From Promethearchaeota archaeon (GTDB lineage: Archaea; Asgardarchaeota; Lokiarchaeia; Sigyniarchaeales; SOKP01), in contig JALGVJ010000035.1 of the NCBI GenBank assembly GCA_029838195.1, positions 1-37,536 on the forward strand: a stretch of DNA of 37,536 bases, in the 5' to 3' direction. The translations under genes and the position numbers were made by a program. Each line of letters begins with the position of its first letter. The stretch's first letter is position 1. The notes beneath the pieces are model-generated. The model did not search any database. It was not told where the DNA came from and saw only the letters and a list, made by a program, of their open reading frames with translations. Positions 18,493 to 28,458 of this stretch are shown here, one piece after another.

Positions 18493-19848
18493 ATGACATC
18501 ATTTTCAGCGTTACAATGGGGTTTTTTAGAAGTCTTGTATTTACTACTCATTTTTATCGTGGTGTTTTTTATTACGTTTATAATATCTTCTCCGATGATT
18601 AAATTTTTAAAGAAGAGAGGGTATGTCGGTCATGATATTCATAAAAATGCTAAACCTGAGGTACCGGAATCTGGGGGGCTAATAATAGTTATTGGGATTA
18701 GTATTGGGGCATTATTACTAATGTTTTTTTTTCCAATGTTTTTAAATGAGATACTAATTTTTCTGATAACGATCTTAATTTCTGGCTTAATCGGATTCAT
18801 TGATGATCGTTTTAAATTGCGTCCATTAATAAAGATCTTGCTCACCATGTTTACGGGAAGCGTGTTATTCTTGGCTAATTATTTTGGGTTTATTAATATT
18901 ACCTCGCCTACGGTTCCCTTTTTAGGGAAATTAAGATTAACTATTATTTACCCTTTTGCGGCCCCCATAATTGTAGCTGTTTTTACAAATACAGTTAACA
19001 TGCTTGAGGGATATAATGGAGAAGGATCGGGGACGTGCTTAATAGCTTGTATATTTTTATTAATATGTGCCATCTTATGGGATTCTGTAGAAGCCTTGAT
19101 GTTTATCATGATTGGTATTGGGGTATTAATTCCTTTTTTCATTTATAATAAATATCCCTCTCAAGTTTTTCCTGGAGATATAGGGACGTTAAGTTTGGGG
19201 GCATTAATGGCGTGTATTGCATTATTTGGTTCGCTTGAAGCTGCTGTTTTCTCTGCCTTATTGCTTCACGTGTTTAATAGCTTTTACGTGTTAATTTCGG
19301 TACGAGGGTTTCTGGAAAGTTCAAGTATTCAAGGAAAAATTGATGATATCGTGCTTCTCGAGAATGATAAAATTGCGGCTTCCACAAATAAAAAAGCCGT
19401 ATTAACCATACCAAGATTATTATTAGCAAGAGGGCCTTTATCAGAGCCGGATTTATTAAAATACATTTATATAATTACCGTGTCATGTGGTTTTTTTTCT
19501 CTCATGACGACAACGTTGATGATGGCAAGCGTGGGACGAATGACGTATTTTTATAGCGGAGTAATTTCAAGCTTATTATTAATTCCGGTTTTTATTTTTT
19601 TAAAATTGTTTCCAAGAATTCGAGGTATCATTATCTTAATGCTATTATTAATCGGAAGTGGATTTGTTTTCTTAATTTTGATTGATATATATATCATGCC
19701 AATAGAAATGGAGCATTTTCAGATCTTTACCATTCAAATCCCTGTGAATATTTTATTGTCTCTTCTTCTCCTTACTCCGGGTTTACTAATTTGGTATGTA
19801 GTGACCATTAAATATTTTAATTTTGCAATAAAACACGCAAGGGAATGA
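18493..19848 (+). CDS. aglH: UDP-GlcNAc:dolichyl-phosphate GlcNAc-1-phosphotransferase (AglH/Alg7-like, PNPT/MraY family)
   Basis: GHDIHK..KPEVPESGG, GFIDD, NTVNMLEGYNG and YNKYPSQVFPGDIGT motifs; polytopic membrane protein. Confidence 0.83.
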   Translation: MTSFSALQWGFLEVLYLLLIFIVVFFITFIISSPMIKFLKKRGYVGHDIHKNAKPEVPESGGLIIVIGISIGALLLMFFFPMFLNEILIFLITILISGLIGFIDDRFKLRPLIKILLTMFTGSVLFLANYFGFINITSPTVPFLGKLRLTIIYPFAAPIIVAVFTNTVNMLEGYNGEGSGTCLIACIFLLICAILWDSVEALMFIMIGIGVLIPFFIYNKYPSQVFPGDIGTLSLGALMACIALFGSLEAAVFSALLLHVFNSFYVLISVRGFLESSSIQGKIDDIVLLENDKIAASTNKKAVLTIPRLLLARGPLSEPDLLKYIYIITVSCGFFSLMTTTLMMASVGRMTYFYSGVISSLLLIPVFIFLKLFPRIRGIIILMLLLIGSGFVFLILIDIYIMPIEMEHFQIFTIQIPVNILLSLLLLTPGLLIWYVVTIKYFNFAIKHARE

Positions 19849-20037
19849 ATCCCATTATTACAAGATGGTTTGCTCCTAATACCTTTTATAATAAACGCGT
19901 TATTTTTTGATTTTACCTTAATCAATAAAAATTTAAATAAACAAAATAAAAATCTTTTTTATTGGGCTTTTTAATTAACTAACCTTAAAAATAATTAATA
20001 ACATAAAAAAATACAATCGTTAAAGAGGCTCTTTCGG

Positions 20038-22533
20038 GTGAGAAAAAACTATAGAATTTTTACCTGCATTATCTATTATTTAGCTTCTCTCTTTTTTTTT
20101 ACATTCATTCTCGTTTTGCTCTATCACGATAATTGGAATGTCTTGTTTTTAGATTGGACCTTTTATCCAATGATGATTTTTTACTTTTTTTCTTTGGAAG
20201 AAATGTACTCTTGGGCAAAGATTAACAGGCGGAGTGAATTGTCGGATATAGTAGCAATATTTTTCTTCTTGTTCGTGATTTTATTCTTTACTAAAGATTT
20301 ATTAACATCTTTAATGGGCGCTTTTGCCATTTATTTATGGGCCGGTGTTATAGAATTAAAAGAATACCCCGTAATTAATAAAATTTTAGCAATTTCTTTA
20401 ATTACTTACAATATAATTTTTATTGCAGGGCTTATTTCTTTTTTCACCGCTAATCCTTTATTTCTAAATACAACTATCTCATTTTCGTTTTGGATAATAT
20501 TGCTCTTGGGATTTCTATTTTTCGGAAGAAAGTACCTTATAATTTTTCGTTTCATGTCGCCCTCTTATTTAACTTTATTTTTATATATTATCGCTTGGTT
20601 AGGCGTGGTTTTCATTAATCATTATACACCGCTTAATTTCATGGATTACATTTATATCGTGTTAATCGGCGTTAATTGGCTTGTTTATTTTCTCTCCGGT
20701 GCTATATTAGATAAACTATTAGGAATTAAAAGAGTTAAAGACGAAAGCATGATTAAATTAGTAGAAAATGTTAAAGACGATATAGGATTAAATAAAAAGG
20801 TTAAAGTAGGTCATGGAAAATATCCCATTTTAAACGCTATGGCATATGGGCCGATTTTTGATAATCGAATTGTCATTATCGCTGAAGATTTAAATCAAGT
20901 CCCTCCCGATGAATTAAAAGGAATAGTTTCCCATGAATTAGCTCACGTGAAAGGGCATCATACATTAATATTGACAATTATCGCGTCCATTGATTTATTA
21001 ATTCGGATGTTATTTAATATCCCTGCCACGCTCTATGATTACACGTTTGGTAATCCTTCTATGCCACTTATCGTTTTTATTGCGGTAAATATAGGGTTTT
21101 ATATCATCATTTACGTGTTTGTCAGATATTTAGAAGGATTAGCGGATCTAACTTCTAAAAAAGCCGGATATTCTAAAGAACTCGCTAAAGCGTTATATAC
21201 TTTGGAAAGCTTTTACGTGGAAGGTAAAGAAATAGGAATCAATACTATGCTATTATGTGATGAGAAAGTCTCTCAAGAGAATAAATTATTAGATTATCTT
21301 GAAACCGCTCAATATATAAATAATTCCCTGATTAAACCATCGAAAATTTCATTAATTTCTAACATCTTAAATTCGCATCCCCCTACTTTCTTTCGAATTG
21401 CAGCATTATTAGGAAAAGATCTCGATGCAAAAGTGGAAGCCGTGTTGCCCTTCATATGTCTGGTTAATAAAATACAATCGCGTTATTCTCTACGTTTTGA
21501 TGCTGCTCGCTTGGCATTTAAGGAAATTGCTAACGAAAAATTTAAAACTGCTTTTAACGTTTCAAGTATCCCCGATCTCATGGTAAAATTTGAAAAAAAA
21601 AACCATTATAGATTTGATTTGGGTAAAACATTTATATTTATAGATAAACGTAATGAGTTTATTTTTTTAGGAAAATTATTAGATGTGCAATTTTCTGATG
21701 ATGTGAGCGATACAGACCTTTTAATCACGGAAAATCTCAATGATCGAAAAATATATAACTTGAAATCCTCGTTATATTCCAGAATTCCTGTTTTCTTAAA
21801 TGAGAAATATCCTTTAAAAAATAAACATCTAATAAATTTAAAAAAGATTGAAATTGATGAGACTAAAATAAAAGTCTATTATATTTTTGAAAATGAAAGT
21901 AAGAAAATTGTACGTAAATCCATTAAAAAATTTAAATTACCAAATCCCGTCAGCTTACTTGAAAAATTAGAAAACAAAATTCTATTTCTAAAATTAAAAG
22001 GAATAATTCAAATGGTTAAATGTACCAAAATTAAAATTAATAATGTGTGGAATCAATCAATAATTAAAGTATCCCCGTTGGATGCCTACCATCGCTTATC
22101 AAGAATCTCTTTTCAATTAAAAGAGCTCATTATTCGTCCTAAAACGATTCACTTTTCAATAAAAAAGGATAAAAAAAATAGAGAAGCCCTTCTTAAAATA
22201 TTTAAATGGGCATGTCGTGAAAAAATCAAAATTTCCTTTTTTTTGAAAAAACCCGTTAATAATATTGAAAAAGGATATATTAGTAAAATTGAAATTCGAC
22301 CTAATGCTGATAATTTGGAACGTGAAATTAAAAAGGATTACTCTCGATTTAACATTTTAGTGAATAACATGTTTGGAAACAAGATAATTCTCTCCAGTGA
22401 ATTAATTGAATCCATTTCATTTGAACATGATACGGCTTTACTTCAAAAAAAGTCAGAAACTAGCATTTTTAGCAAAATTGGCTACAAGATTTTAAAAAAT
22501 TGGAAACCTCGGGAAATTTGGTACCTCAAATAA
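20038..22533 (+). CDS. M48 family (HtpX/Ste24-like) membrane zinc metalloprotease with N-terminal TM extension and long basic C-terminal region
   Basis: LNAMAYG, ELKGIVSHELAH (HExxH), EGLAD third ligand, LAKAL and SHPPTFFRI. Confidence 0.85.
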   Translation: MRKNYRIFTCIIYYLASLFFFTFILVLLYHDNWNVLFLDWTFYPMMIFYFFSLEEMYSWAKINRRSELSDIVAIFFFLFVILFFTKDLLTSLMGAFAIYLWAGVIELKEYPVINKILAISLITYNIIFIAGLISFFTANPLFLNTTISFSFWIILLLGFLFFGRKYLIIFRFMSPSYLTLFLYIIAWLGVVFINHYTPLNFMDYIYIVLIGVNWLVYFLSGAILDKLLGIKRVKDESMIKLVENVKDDIGLNKKVKVGHGKYPILNAMAYGPIFDNRIVIIAEDLNQVPPDELKGIVSHELAHVKGHHTLILTIIASIDLLIRMLFNIPATLYDYTFGNPSMPLIVFIAVNIGFYIIIYVFVRYLEGLADLTSKKAGYSKELAKALYTLESFYVEGKEIGINTMLLCDEKVSQENKLLDYLETAQYINNSLIKPSKISLISNILNSHPPTFFRIAALLGKDLDAKVEAVLPFICLVNKIQSRYSLRFDAARLAFKEIANEKFKTAFNVSSIPDLMVKFEKKNHYRFDLGKTFIFIDKRNEFIFLGKLLDVQFSDDVSDTDLLITENLNDRKIYNLKSSLYSRIPVFLNEKYPLKNKHLINLKKIEIDETKIKVYYIFENESKKIVRKSIKKFKLPNPVSLLEKLENKILFLKLKGIIQMVKCTKIKINNVWNQSIIKVSPLDAYHRLSRISFQLKELIIRPKTIHFSIKKDKKNREALLKIFKWACREKIKISFFLKKPVNNIEKGYISKIEIRPNADNLEREIKKDYSRFNILVNNMFGNKIILSSELIESISFEHDTALLQKKSETSIFSKIGYKILKNWKPREIWYLK

Positions 22534-22567
22534 AATTTATTTTTTAAGGGGATTTACATAAATTATC

Positions 22568-23515
22568 ATGAAGAAAAAAATAAAGAGCTTTCTTAACCTC
22601 TTCAGAATCCGACAATATTATAAAAATGGATTAATTTTTATCGGAGCATTTTTTAGTAGGAATATTTTAAATGTTTCTTTATACCCCTTGTTAATATTAG
22701 GATTTATTATTTTGTGTTTTACTTCTTCAATTAATTACATAATTAATGATATTGTGGACATTGAAAACGATAAAAATCATCCTGAAAAATTGAAAAAAAA
22801 GCCGTTAGCTTCAGGAGATATTTCTATTGTCACGGCAATAATTACGCTTATTGTGTTGTCAATTTTTATCGCCTCAACATTCATTATTTTTATTAAAAAT
22901 TTAAATTTTCTATTCATGGTTCTTTTAATCATATTAACAGGACAATCTTATAATCATTTTTTTAAAAAACATGCTTTTATTGATATCCTCGTTCTCTCTT
23001 TAGGTTATCTCTGGAGAGCCTTAGCAGGGTGCTTGTTGATAGATGTATTCATTTCGGCATGGTTATTTTTAGCTACTATAGAAATCGCTTTATTCTTGGT
23101 TATTGCTAAAAGAAAGGGAGATCTGCTACTATTAGGTGAAAATAATGCTGTTGAACACAAGAAATCTTATGACCAATATTCCCTTAAATTATTGGAACAA
23201 TTCCACGTGCTCATTGCCGGATCCATTTTCATGACATATTCTCTTTATTTAATCTTGAGTTTTAAATTATTTTCAGCAGAAGAAGTTAACATTCAACAAT
23301 ATTTTGTGGTTCTCACGATTCCTTTACTCTTATACATTATCATGCGATACATGTATTTAACCTCTTCAAAGCCAAAAATAGCACGTAATCCTGAACTTAT
23401 TTTTTTTGATAAAGGTGTTCTTATTGCAGGAATTTCCATCTTCTTAATTTTAGCTTATTCTTTTTATTTTGATGTAATTCTTAATTTTTTATCTACTCTA
23501 TTAAAATTACAGTAG
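22568..23515 (+). CDS. UbiA-family polyprenyl-phosphate phosphoribosyltransferase (Rv3806c-like)
   Basis: RxxQYYKN, NYIINDIVDIENDKNHPEK...PLASG, RALAG, LFLVIAKRKGD and YSLY motifs of the decaprenyl-P phosphoribosyltransferase subfamily. Confidence 0.82.
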   Translation: MKKKIKSFLNLFRIRQYYKNGLIFIGAFFSRNILNVSLYPLLILGFIILCFTSSINYIINDIVDIENDKNHPEKLKKKPLASGDISIVTAIITLIVLSIFIASTFIIFIKNLNFLFMVLLIILTGQSYNHFFKKHAFIDILVLSLGYLWRALAGCLLIDVFISAWLFLATIEIALFLVIAKRKGDLLLLGENNAVEHKKSYDQYSLKLLEQFHVLIAGSIFMTYSLYLILSFKLFSAEEVNIQQYFVVLTIPLLLYIIMRYMYLTSSKPKIARNPELIFFDKGVLIAGISIFLILAYSFYFDVILNFLSTLLKLQ

Positions 23516-23526
23516 GAGTATTCTAA

Positions 23527-24216
23527 TTGTCACAATTAAGAATCGATCTTCACGTGCACACTATTTATTCAAAAGATTCATTAATAAAACCTCAAGAATC
23601 AATTCAACAAGCGATAAAAAAGAATCTGAATGGTATTGCTATATGTGACCATAATACATTAAAAGCTTGGAAAATTTTGAAAAAAGATTTAAACATGGAT
23701 GATTTTTTTTTAATTCCTGGAATGGAAATAAAGACAGATTTAGGAGAAATCCTCGCTCTCTTCATTGAGAACGAAATTTTTGGAAAACAAGATGATTTCT
23801 ATGAAATCATTGATGCTATCCGAGAAGAAGATGGGTTAATCGTTATTCCTCATCCTTTTGATTTTTTACGGTTTAATCGCTTAAAGATATCAAATATTGA
23901 TGAGCATGCTTTAAAAAAAAGCATTGATGGTATAGAAATCATGAATTCCAGAATTGTTTTCCAAAATTGCATTAATAAGGCTAAAAATTTCAATAAACAT
24001 TTCGAATTTTTTGAAACAGGAGGGTCAGATGCCCATACCCTCAATGAGATTGGTAATGGATTTACAATTTTTACTAATGAGCAACACATAAATTCCTTGG
24101 AAGATATTAGAAAAGCATTAACTTCTAAAAGATCCAAAGCGGGTGGTTGTTTATCATCCCCTCTCGTTCATGTAAAAACGATTTTAAATAAACTATGGAA
24201 AGGACTCTATTTTTAA
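23527..24216 (+). CDS. PHP domain metal-dependent phosphoesterase
   Basis: DLHVHT, ICDHN, GMEI, PHPFD, IEIMNSR and GGSDAH; AGGAG SD; 11 nt after the ubiA-like stop. Confidence 0.9.
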   Translation: MSQLRIDLHVHTIYSKDSLIKPQESIQQAIKKNLNGIAICDHNTLKAWKILKKDLNMDDFFLIPGMEIKTDLGEILALFIENEIFGKQDDFYEIIDAIREEDGLIVIPHPFDFLRFNRLKISNIDEHALKKSIDGIEIMNSRIVFQNCINKAKNFNKHFEFFETGGSDAHTLNEIGNGFTIFTNEQHINSLEDIRKALTSKRSKAGGCLSSPLVHVKTILNKLWKGLYF

Positions 24217-24559
24217 AGAAATCTCATATTTTAATTTAAATTTTTTTTAAATATGAATTTGGTTTCAGACTGACATCCGGGAATAATTTTATCTTTTCTG
24301 AAAAATATGGAATCATTCTCTATTTTTCTCAGTCATAACATTACTATATTGGAAATTTCACTTTTTTTAAGAAATATAAGATAAATTAACGTATATCTTT
24401 CGCCCTCCTCGCATTCCTTATTAGTTCTATTTTTCGATTTAATTTTTGCCTCATGTTCTTGCACGTTTTTAATGTTTCATGATATTTTTTCCAAATTTAT
24501 CCTTGTAGTTTTTAATATTAACTTTAAAAATAACATAATAATCATTACTCATCGCTATC

Positions 24560-25561
24560 ATGGAATTAAAAGAAAAAATTAACCAATCGTTGGAAGAAAT
24601 AAAACGTTTAAAAGGTGTGGAAAACGTTGTTTTAACGCAGAGAGATGGGAATCCCATTCAGTCGACAGGCATTTGGTTTTCGAAAAAAGAAATTTTCAAT
24701 GTTTCTTCGGCTACGAGCGCCGTGTTTAATGTGGGCATTCACTTGCATCCTAATGATTTAAAATATATTCTCATTGAAGGGAAAAAAGCAAAAATTTTAA
24801 TTGCTCCTCTCAACAATCCGCTTCATGCTAATTTAGATGAGTTGATCAAAGAAATGAATCTCATTGATAAGGACAACGAATTCTTCATAGCTATTACTGC
24901 GCATCCTCACGTAAATTTAGGAGGTATTTTCCTCCAAACAAGTGAAAGCTTAAAAAAAATAAAAGCAGCCCTCATTACTTCTGGAAAATCATTTAAACCT
25001 CCCCTAATAGAATTTGATGCTAAGGAGATTAAAAAAATTCTCGAAGGATTTAATTTAAAGGATGAAGATAACACGATTTATAATATTTCTAATGCCTCTC
25101 TTTCTATTCCTTCCATTACAACAAAAGAATTAAACGATACATTATATGCATTTAGTCTCACCTTGCCTGACCTAAAATATGCATTTGTTTCTCTCGATGG
25201 AGGCGTTATTGTTTCTAAAGTTTTTAAAAAAATGAAAGAACAAGAAATTATTTTAGACAACATTTCCGCAATGAGTTATTCCTTGTTAGAAATTGGAGAT
25301 AGATGTGCTTGGTTGTTGAAAAAAATGAAAGTGGAAAACATTCTCATAGATTGTAAGAGTTCTTTCCAATTCATTAACAGATTGAATCATGCCATATTTA
25401 GTGCTGAAATTGGTAAAACGGGTCAAAAATTAGGATTATTGCGGCTAATACTTCCCCAATTTTCAAATAAAATTCAAGAAATCATCAATGAAGCTTCTCG
25501 AATGAGCCAAGAAGCCACTTTTGACATTCAAGATTTATTAGGAGAAATCATGATAAAATGA
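24560..25561 (+). CDS. Tandem double Roadblock/LC7 domain protein
   Basis: Domain 1: GVENVVLTQRDGNPI...LKYILIEG...VNLGGIFL. Domain 2: PDLKYAFVSLDGGVIVS...ISAMSYSLL...VENILID...KLGLLRL. Confidence 0.75.
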   Translation: MELKEKINQSLEEIKRLKGVENVVLTQRDGNPIQSTGIWFSKKEIFNVSSATSAVFNVGIHLHPNDLKYILIEGKKAKILIAPLNNPLHANLDELIKEMNLIDKDNEFFIAITAHPHVNLGGIFLQTSESLKKIKAALITSGKSFKPPLIEFDAKEIKKILEGFNLKDEDNTIYNISNASLSIPSITTKELNDTLYAFSLTLPDLKYAFVSLDGGVIVSKVFKKMKEQEIILDNISAMSYSLLEIGDRCAWLLKKMKVENILIDCKSSFQFINRLNHAIFSAEIGKTGQKLGLLRLILPQFSNKIQEIINEASRMSQEATFDIQDLLGEIMIK

Positions 25562-25631
25562 TAAAGCTTGACTCAAAGTTCTAAATAAATTGTAGAGAAG
25601 TAAATAAAAGTAGAAAGAACATTCACGATTT

Positions 25632-26807
25632 TCAATCTTCAGGATAACTCGTGAATAATTGTCCCCATTCCGTGTTTAAGAACTTTTTAATCCTCCTTTT
25701 CCCAATCAATGGGTACCACAACATGTCATGATACACGAGAGAACTCATTATGGGTAAAGCCATAAAAATTTTATTTCTCATGAGAGGATTAAGAAATTGT
25801 AGGGGTCCCTTTCGTACCATTTGATCTCCCCAAATAACTAAACTCCTTTTCACGTGAAATCTCCAGTTTATAGTCGAAACATCTTCCCCAATGATTTCAA
25901 TTTGATCAAAATCTCCACATCCTAACCCCTCATCATGGGCTAATTTAATGGCAGGCAAAGAAAGTGGATCAAATCCCATCATTTTAGCCACTACAGTATC
26001 CACAGCCACTTGATCATATCCCGCTAATATATAATTCTTAATGCGAGGGATCATGGTTCTCGGTCCCGCTCCATCCCCGCATACAGTGCCATCCACCACG
26101 GCGAAAATTTCCGGATGAATTTGTTTCTGAATGATGAGAAGATCCACTAAAACTTCTGACATGTATTGATGAGAATAATGTCGCCGTTTGGTCAAGAGCC
26201 CACCAAATGCATTTTTCATCGCACATGTTATACCTCCATGCTTTTGTGCTCCATGCGTGTGTTTTAATGACCCTCCCACTGCTCCCGTATGTCCGTGTGT
26301 TTTCATTGTTGGCAAATGAATGATGGGTTTACCTATATAGAATTTCGGAATAGAAAAACCTTCTGGAAAAATAATAGAATCTAAAACATGAAGTTTTCTA
26401 TCTTTCAAACCTTCAAATCGCGAGCGTAATTCATCGTCATAAGGAATGAAGGGGATTCTTGTCAAGGGTACGAAATATGCTCCATATTTCCTGATTATCG
26501 GACCCCAGCGATTTCCTTTTAACCCCCTTTCAATGTTTGTAACAACCGTGCGATTTTCCGCTGTAAACAAGTTCCTTGGATCGTACCCATCCTCCACTAT
26601 GGTTTTTAACACGCCTTCTACCTGCCAAGGTGGACTAGAACAAGCCGGAAAGAATTTTGACCAACTTAAATTTAATTTAATGATGATTTTTAAATCTTTA
26701 GGAAATCTCTTTTGATATTCTGCTAAATGCATTAAATCTGCATAATCTTTCAAAACGCTCTTCGGGGAAGTCTTCTTCACGTATACTTTAGGTTTTTCTT
26801 GCATCAT
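25632..26807 (-). CDS. DUF362 domain protein
   Basis: IIKLNLSW, LPTMKTH, TCAMKNAFGG, VVDGTVCGDGAGP and DQVAVD...MMGFDP. Confidence 0.85.
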   Translation of the reverse strand: MMQEKPKVYVKKTSPKSVLKDYADLMHLAEYQKRFPKDLKIIIKLNLSWSKFFPACSSPPWQVEGVLKTIVEDGYDPRNLFTAENRTVVTNIERGLKGNRWGPIIRKYGAYFVPLTRIPFIPYDDELRSRFEGLKDRKLHVLDSIIFPEGFSIPKFYIGKPIIHLPTMKTHGHTGAVGGSLKHTHGAQKHGGITCAMKNAFGGLLTKRRHYSHQYMSEVLVDLLIIQKQIHPEIFAVVDGTVCGDGAGPRTMIPRIKNYILAGYDQVAVDTVVAKMMGFDPLSLPAIKLAHDEGLGCGDFDQIEIIGEDVSTINWRFHVKRSLVIWGDQMVRKGPLQFLNPLMRNKIFMALPIMSSLVYHDMLWYPLIGKRRIKKFLNTEWGQLFTSYPED

Positions 26808-27034
26808 GGTTTAAAAAATTCCCTCCTTTTTCTATATTACGTTTATTTTCATGAAATTTTTATTAGCTATTATCCACGAAATTTAAATGGTCTACCCTCC
26901 TGCTTAAAATTCTCTCATTATCAACATGGAATAAAATTCTTCTTATATCCACCTCTCTTCCCTCAATGATTATTAGAGAGATAATAGGGGTAATTTTATA
27001 AGAAAAGGAAAAAAATTCAAATTAAAAATTGTTT

Positions 27035-28426
27035 TTATACTTCAAGGGTTTCTTCTGGAATGGTTTTACAAATCTCCTCTATATCAATACCTTTCTTTTC
27101 TAACCATTTTCTCCGTAATATATAGTAAAGCATGGCAATCGCATAAAAAATTAACGCTCCAACAACCACCCCCGGACTCAAGACAATCATGGCTATTATT
27201 GCAAACAAGTTATAAATGATATTGAAAATGATAATACCTACTATCACCTTCCGATTTAATATGAATCGGGATTTTTTCAATAACTCTGGAAATTTTTTTT
27301 CCAATTTTATTGGAAGGTATGCTAAAGCCAATCCGGGTATCGTGACCGCAAAATTACACAACACGCTTAAATCAATGATACTCGTCTGAAAAAATAACAA
27401 AATAATCGTTGCTATTACAAAAAATGTCAACGACCAATGTGGCGTCCCATACTTCTTATTTATTTTTGAAAGAACAGAAGGTACAATCCGATCCCTTGCC
27501 GCCGAAAATAAATCTCTCGAAAATGCTATCAGAATTCCATGAATCGTCGAAGCAATTGCTATCAATACCAGAATGTTCAAAATTATGACAAATTCGATGG
27601 GCAAAAATAACGCTGCAACATCCGTGAGCGTGCCTTCCATTGCCCCTAACGTGCGCCAATCCATATTACCCGTCATCACTACTGCTACTAAGGTATAAAC
27701 AACAGCAATCAAGAAAAAGCTGAGTAAAATGCCCAAAGGAATGTTCCGACGAGGATTTTTAATTTCTCCCCCAATTTCTATCACGCTCGTGAAGCCTGCA
27801 TAGCTGAAACTTAAAATTACCGCGCCCATGAAAATGCCTACAAAACCTGTTGGAAACATGCCTCCACTCCCAGCTCCCGTTAATTTTGCGGGATCTATAT
27901 GAGGCAATCCAAAAATGATGAAAATGAAAATTACTAAAAAGTCACCGCAAATAGCCATGAGGATTTGCACCCAACCTGCAAATTTAATCCCAAATAGATT
28001 CACTACATAAAATATTATCATTATAATTATTGCCATGGGTAATAAGGATCCTGGAATGAAGAGTTCAAAATAGTTTCCGAATCCAGCAGCGAGTAAAGCT
28101 AAGGCACCAATAATATGTAAGATGACAGAAGCAACTACGATAAATCCAATTAAAGGAGAGCCCAAGCGGGAACTATACACCCATGCTCCTCCTGAAACCG
28201 GAAAGGCCGACACGATATAAGCTACGATAATAGCGGAAAGTATGTTAGGAATCCCCGCTATAATGAAAGCTAACCATAAGGATGGTCCCGTAATTCCGGC
28301 AGTAACTCCTGTTTGGATCAAGATCCCGGCTCCTACGACATATCCAAAAATGAAGAAAACTACCGTGGAAAGACCGAGTTCTCGTCTTAATTTTCCTTCA
28401 TTAGCTTCATTCTTATTAAGAGTCAT
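27035..28426 (-). CDS. APC superfamily amino acid/polyamine permease
   Basis: LRRELG, VVGAGI, FPVSGG, FSYAGF...EIKNPRRNIP and SR..FSAARD..VP...YGTP; about 12 TM helices. Confidence 0.92.
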   Translation of the reverse strand: MTLNKNEANEGKLRRELGLSTVVFFIFGYVVGAGILIQTGVTAGITGPSLWLAFIIAGIPNILSAIIVAYIVSAFPVSGGAWVYSSRLGSPLIGFIVVASVILHIIGALALLAAGFGNYFELFIPGSLLPMAIIIMIIFYVVNLFGIKFAGWVQILMAICGDFLVIFIFIIFGLPHIDPAKLTGAGSGGMFPTGFVGIFMGAVILSFSYAGFTSVIEIGGEIKNPRRNIPLGILLSFFLIAVVYTLVAVVMTGNMDWRTLGAMEGTLTDVAALFLPIEFVIILNILVLIAIASTIHGILIAFSRDLFSAARDRIVPSVLSKINKKYGTPHWSLTFFVIATIILLFFQTSIIDLSVLCNFAVTIPGLALAYLPIKLEKKFPELLKKSRFILNRKVIVGIIIFNIIYNLFAIIAMIVLSPGVVVGALIFYAIAMLYYILRRKWLEKKGIDIEEICKTIPEETLEV

Positions 28427-28458
28427 AAATCTAATTAGTGGTTATTCGATTTAAAAAT

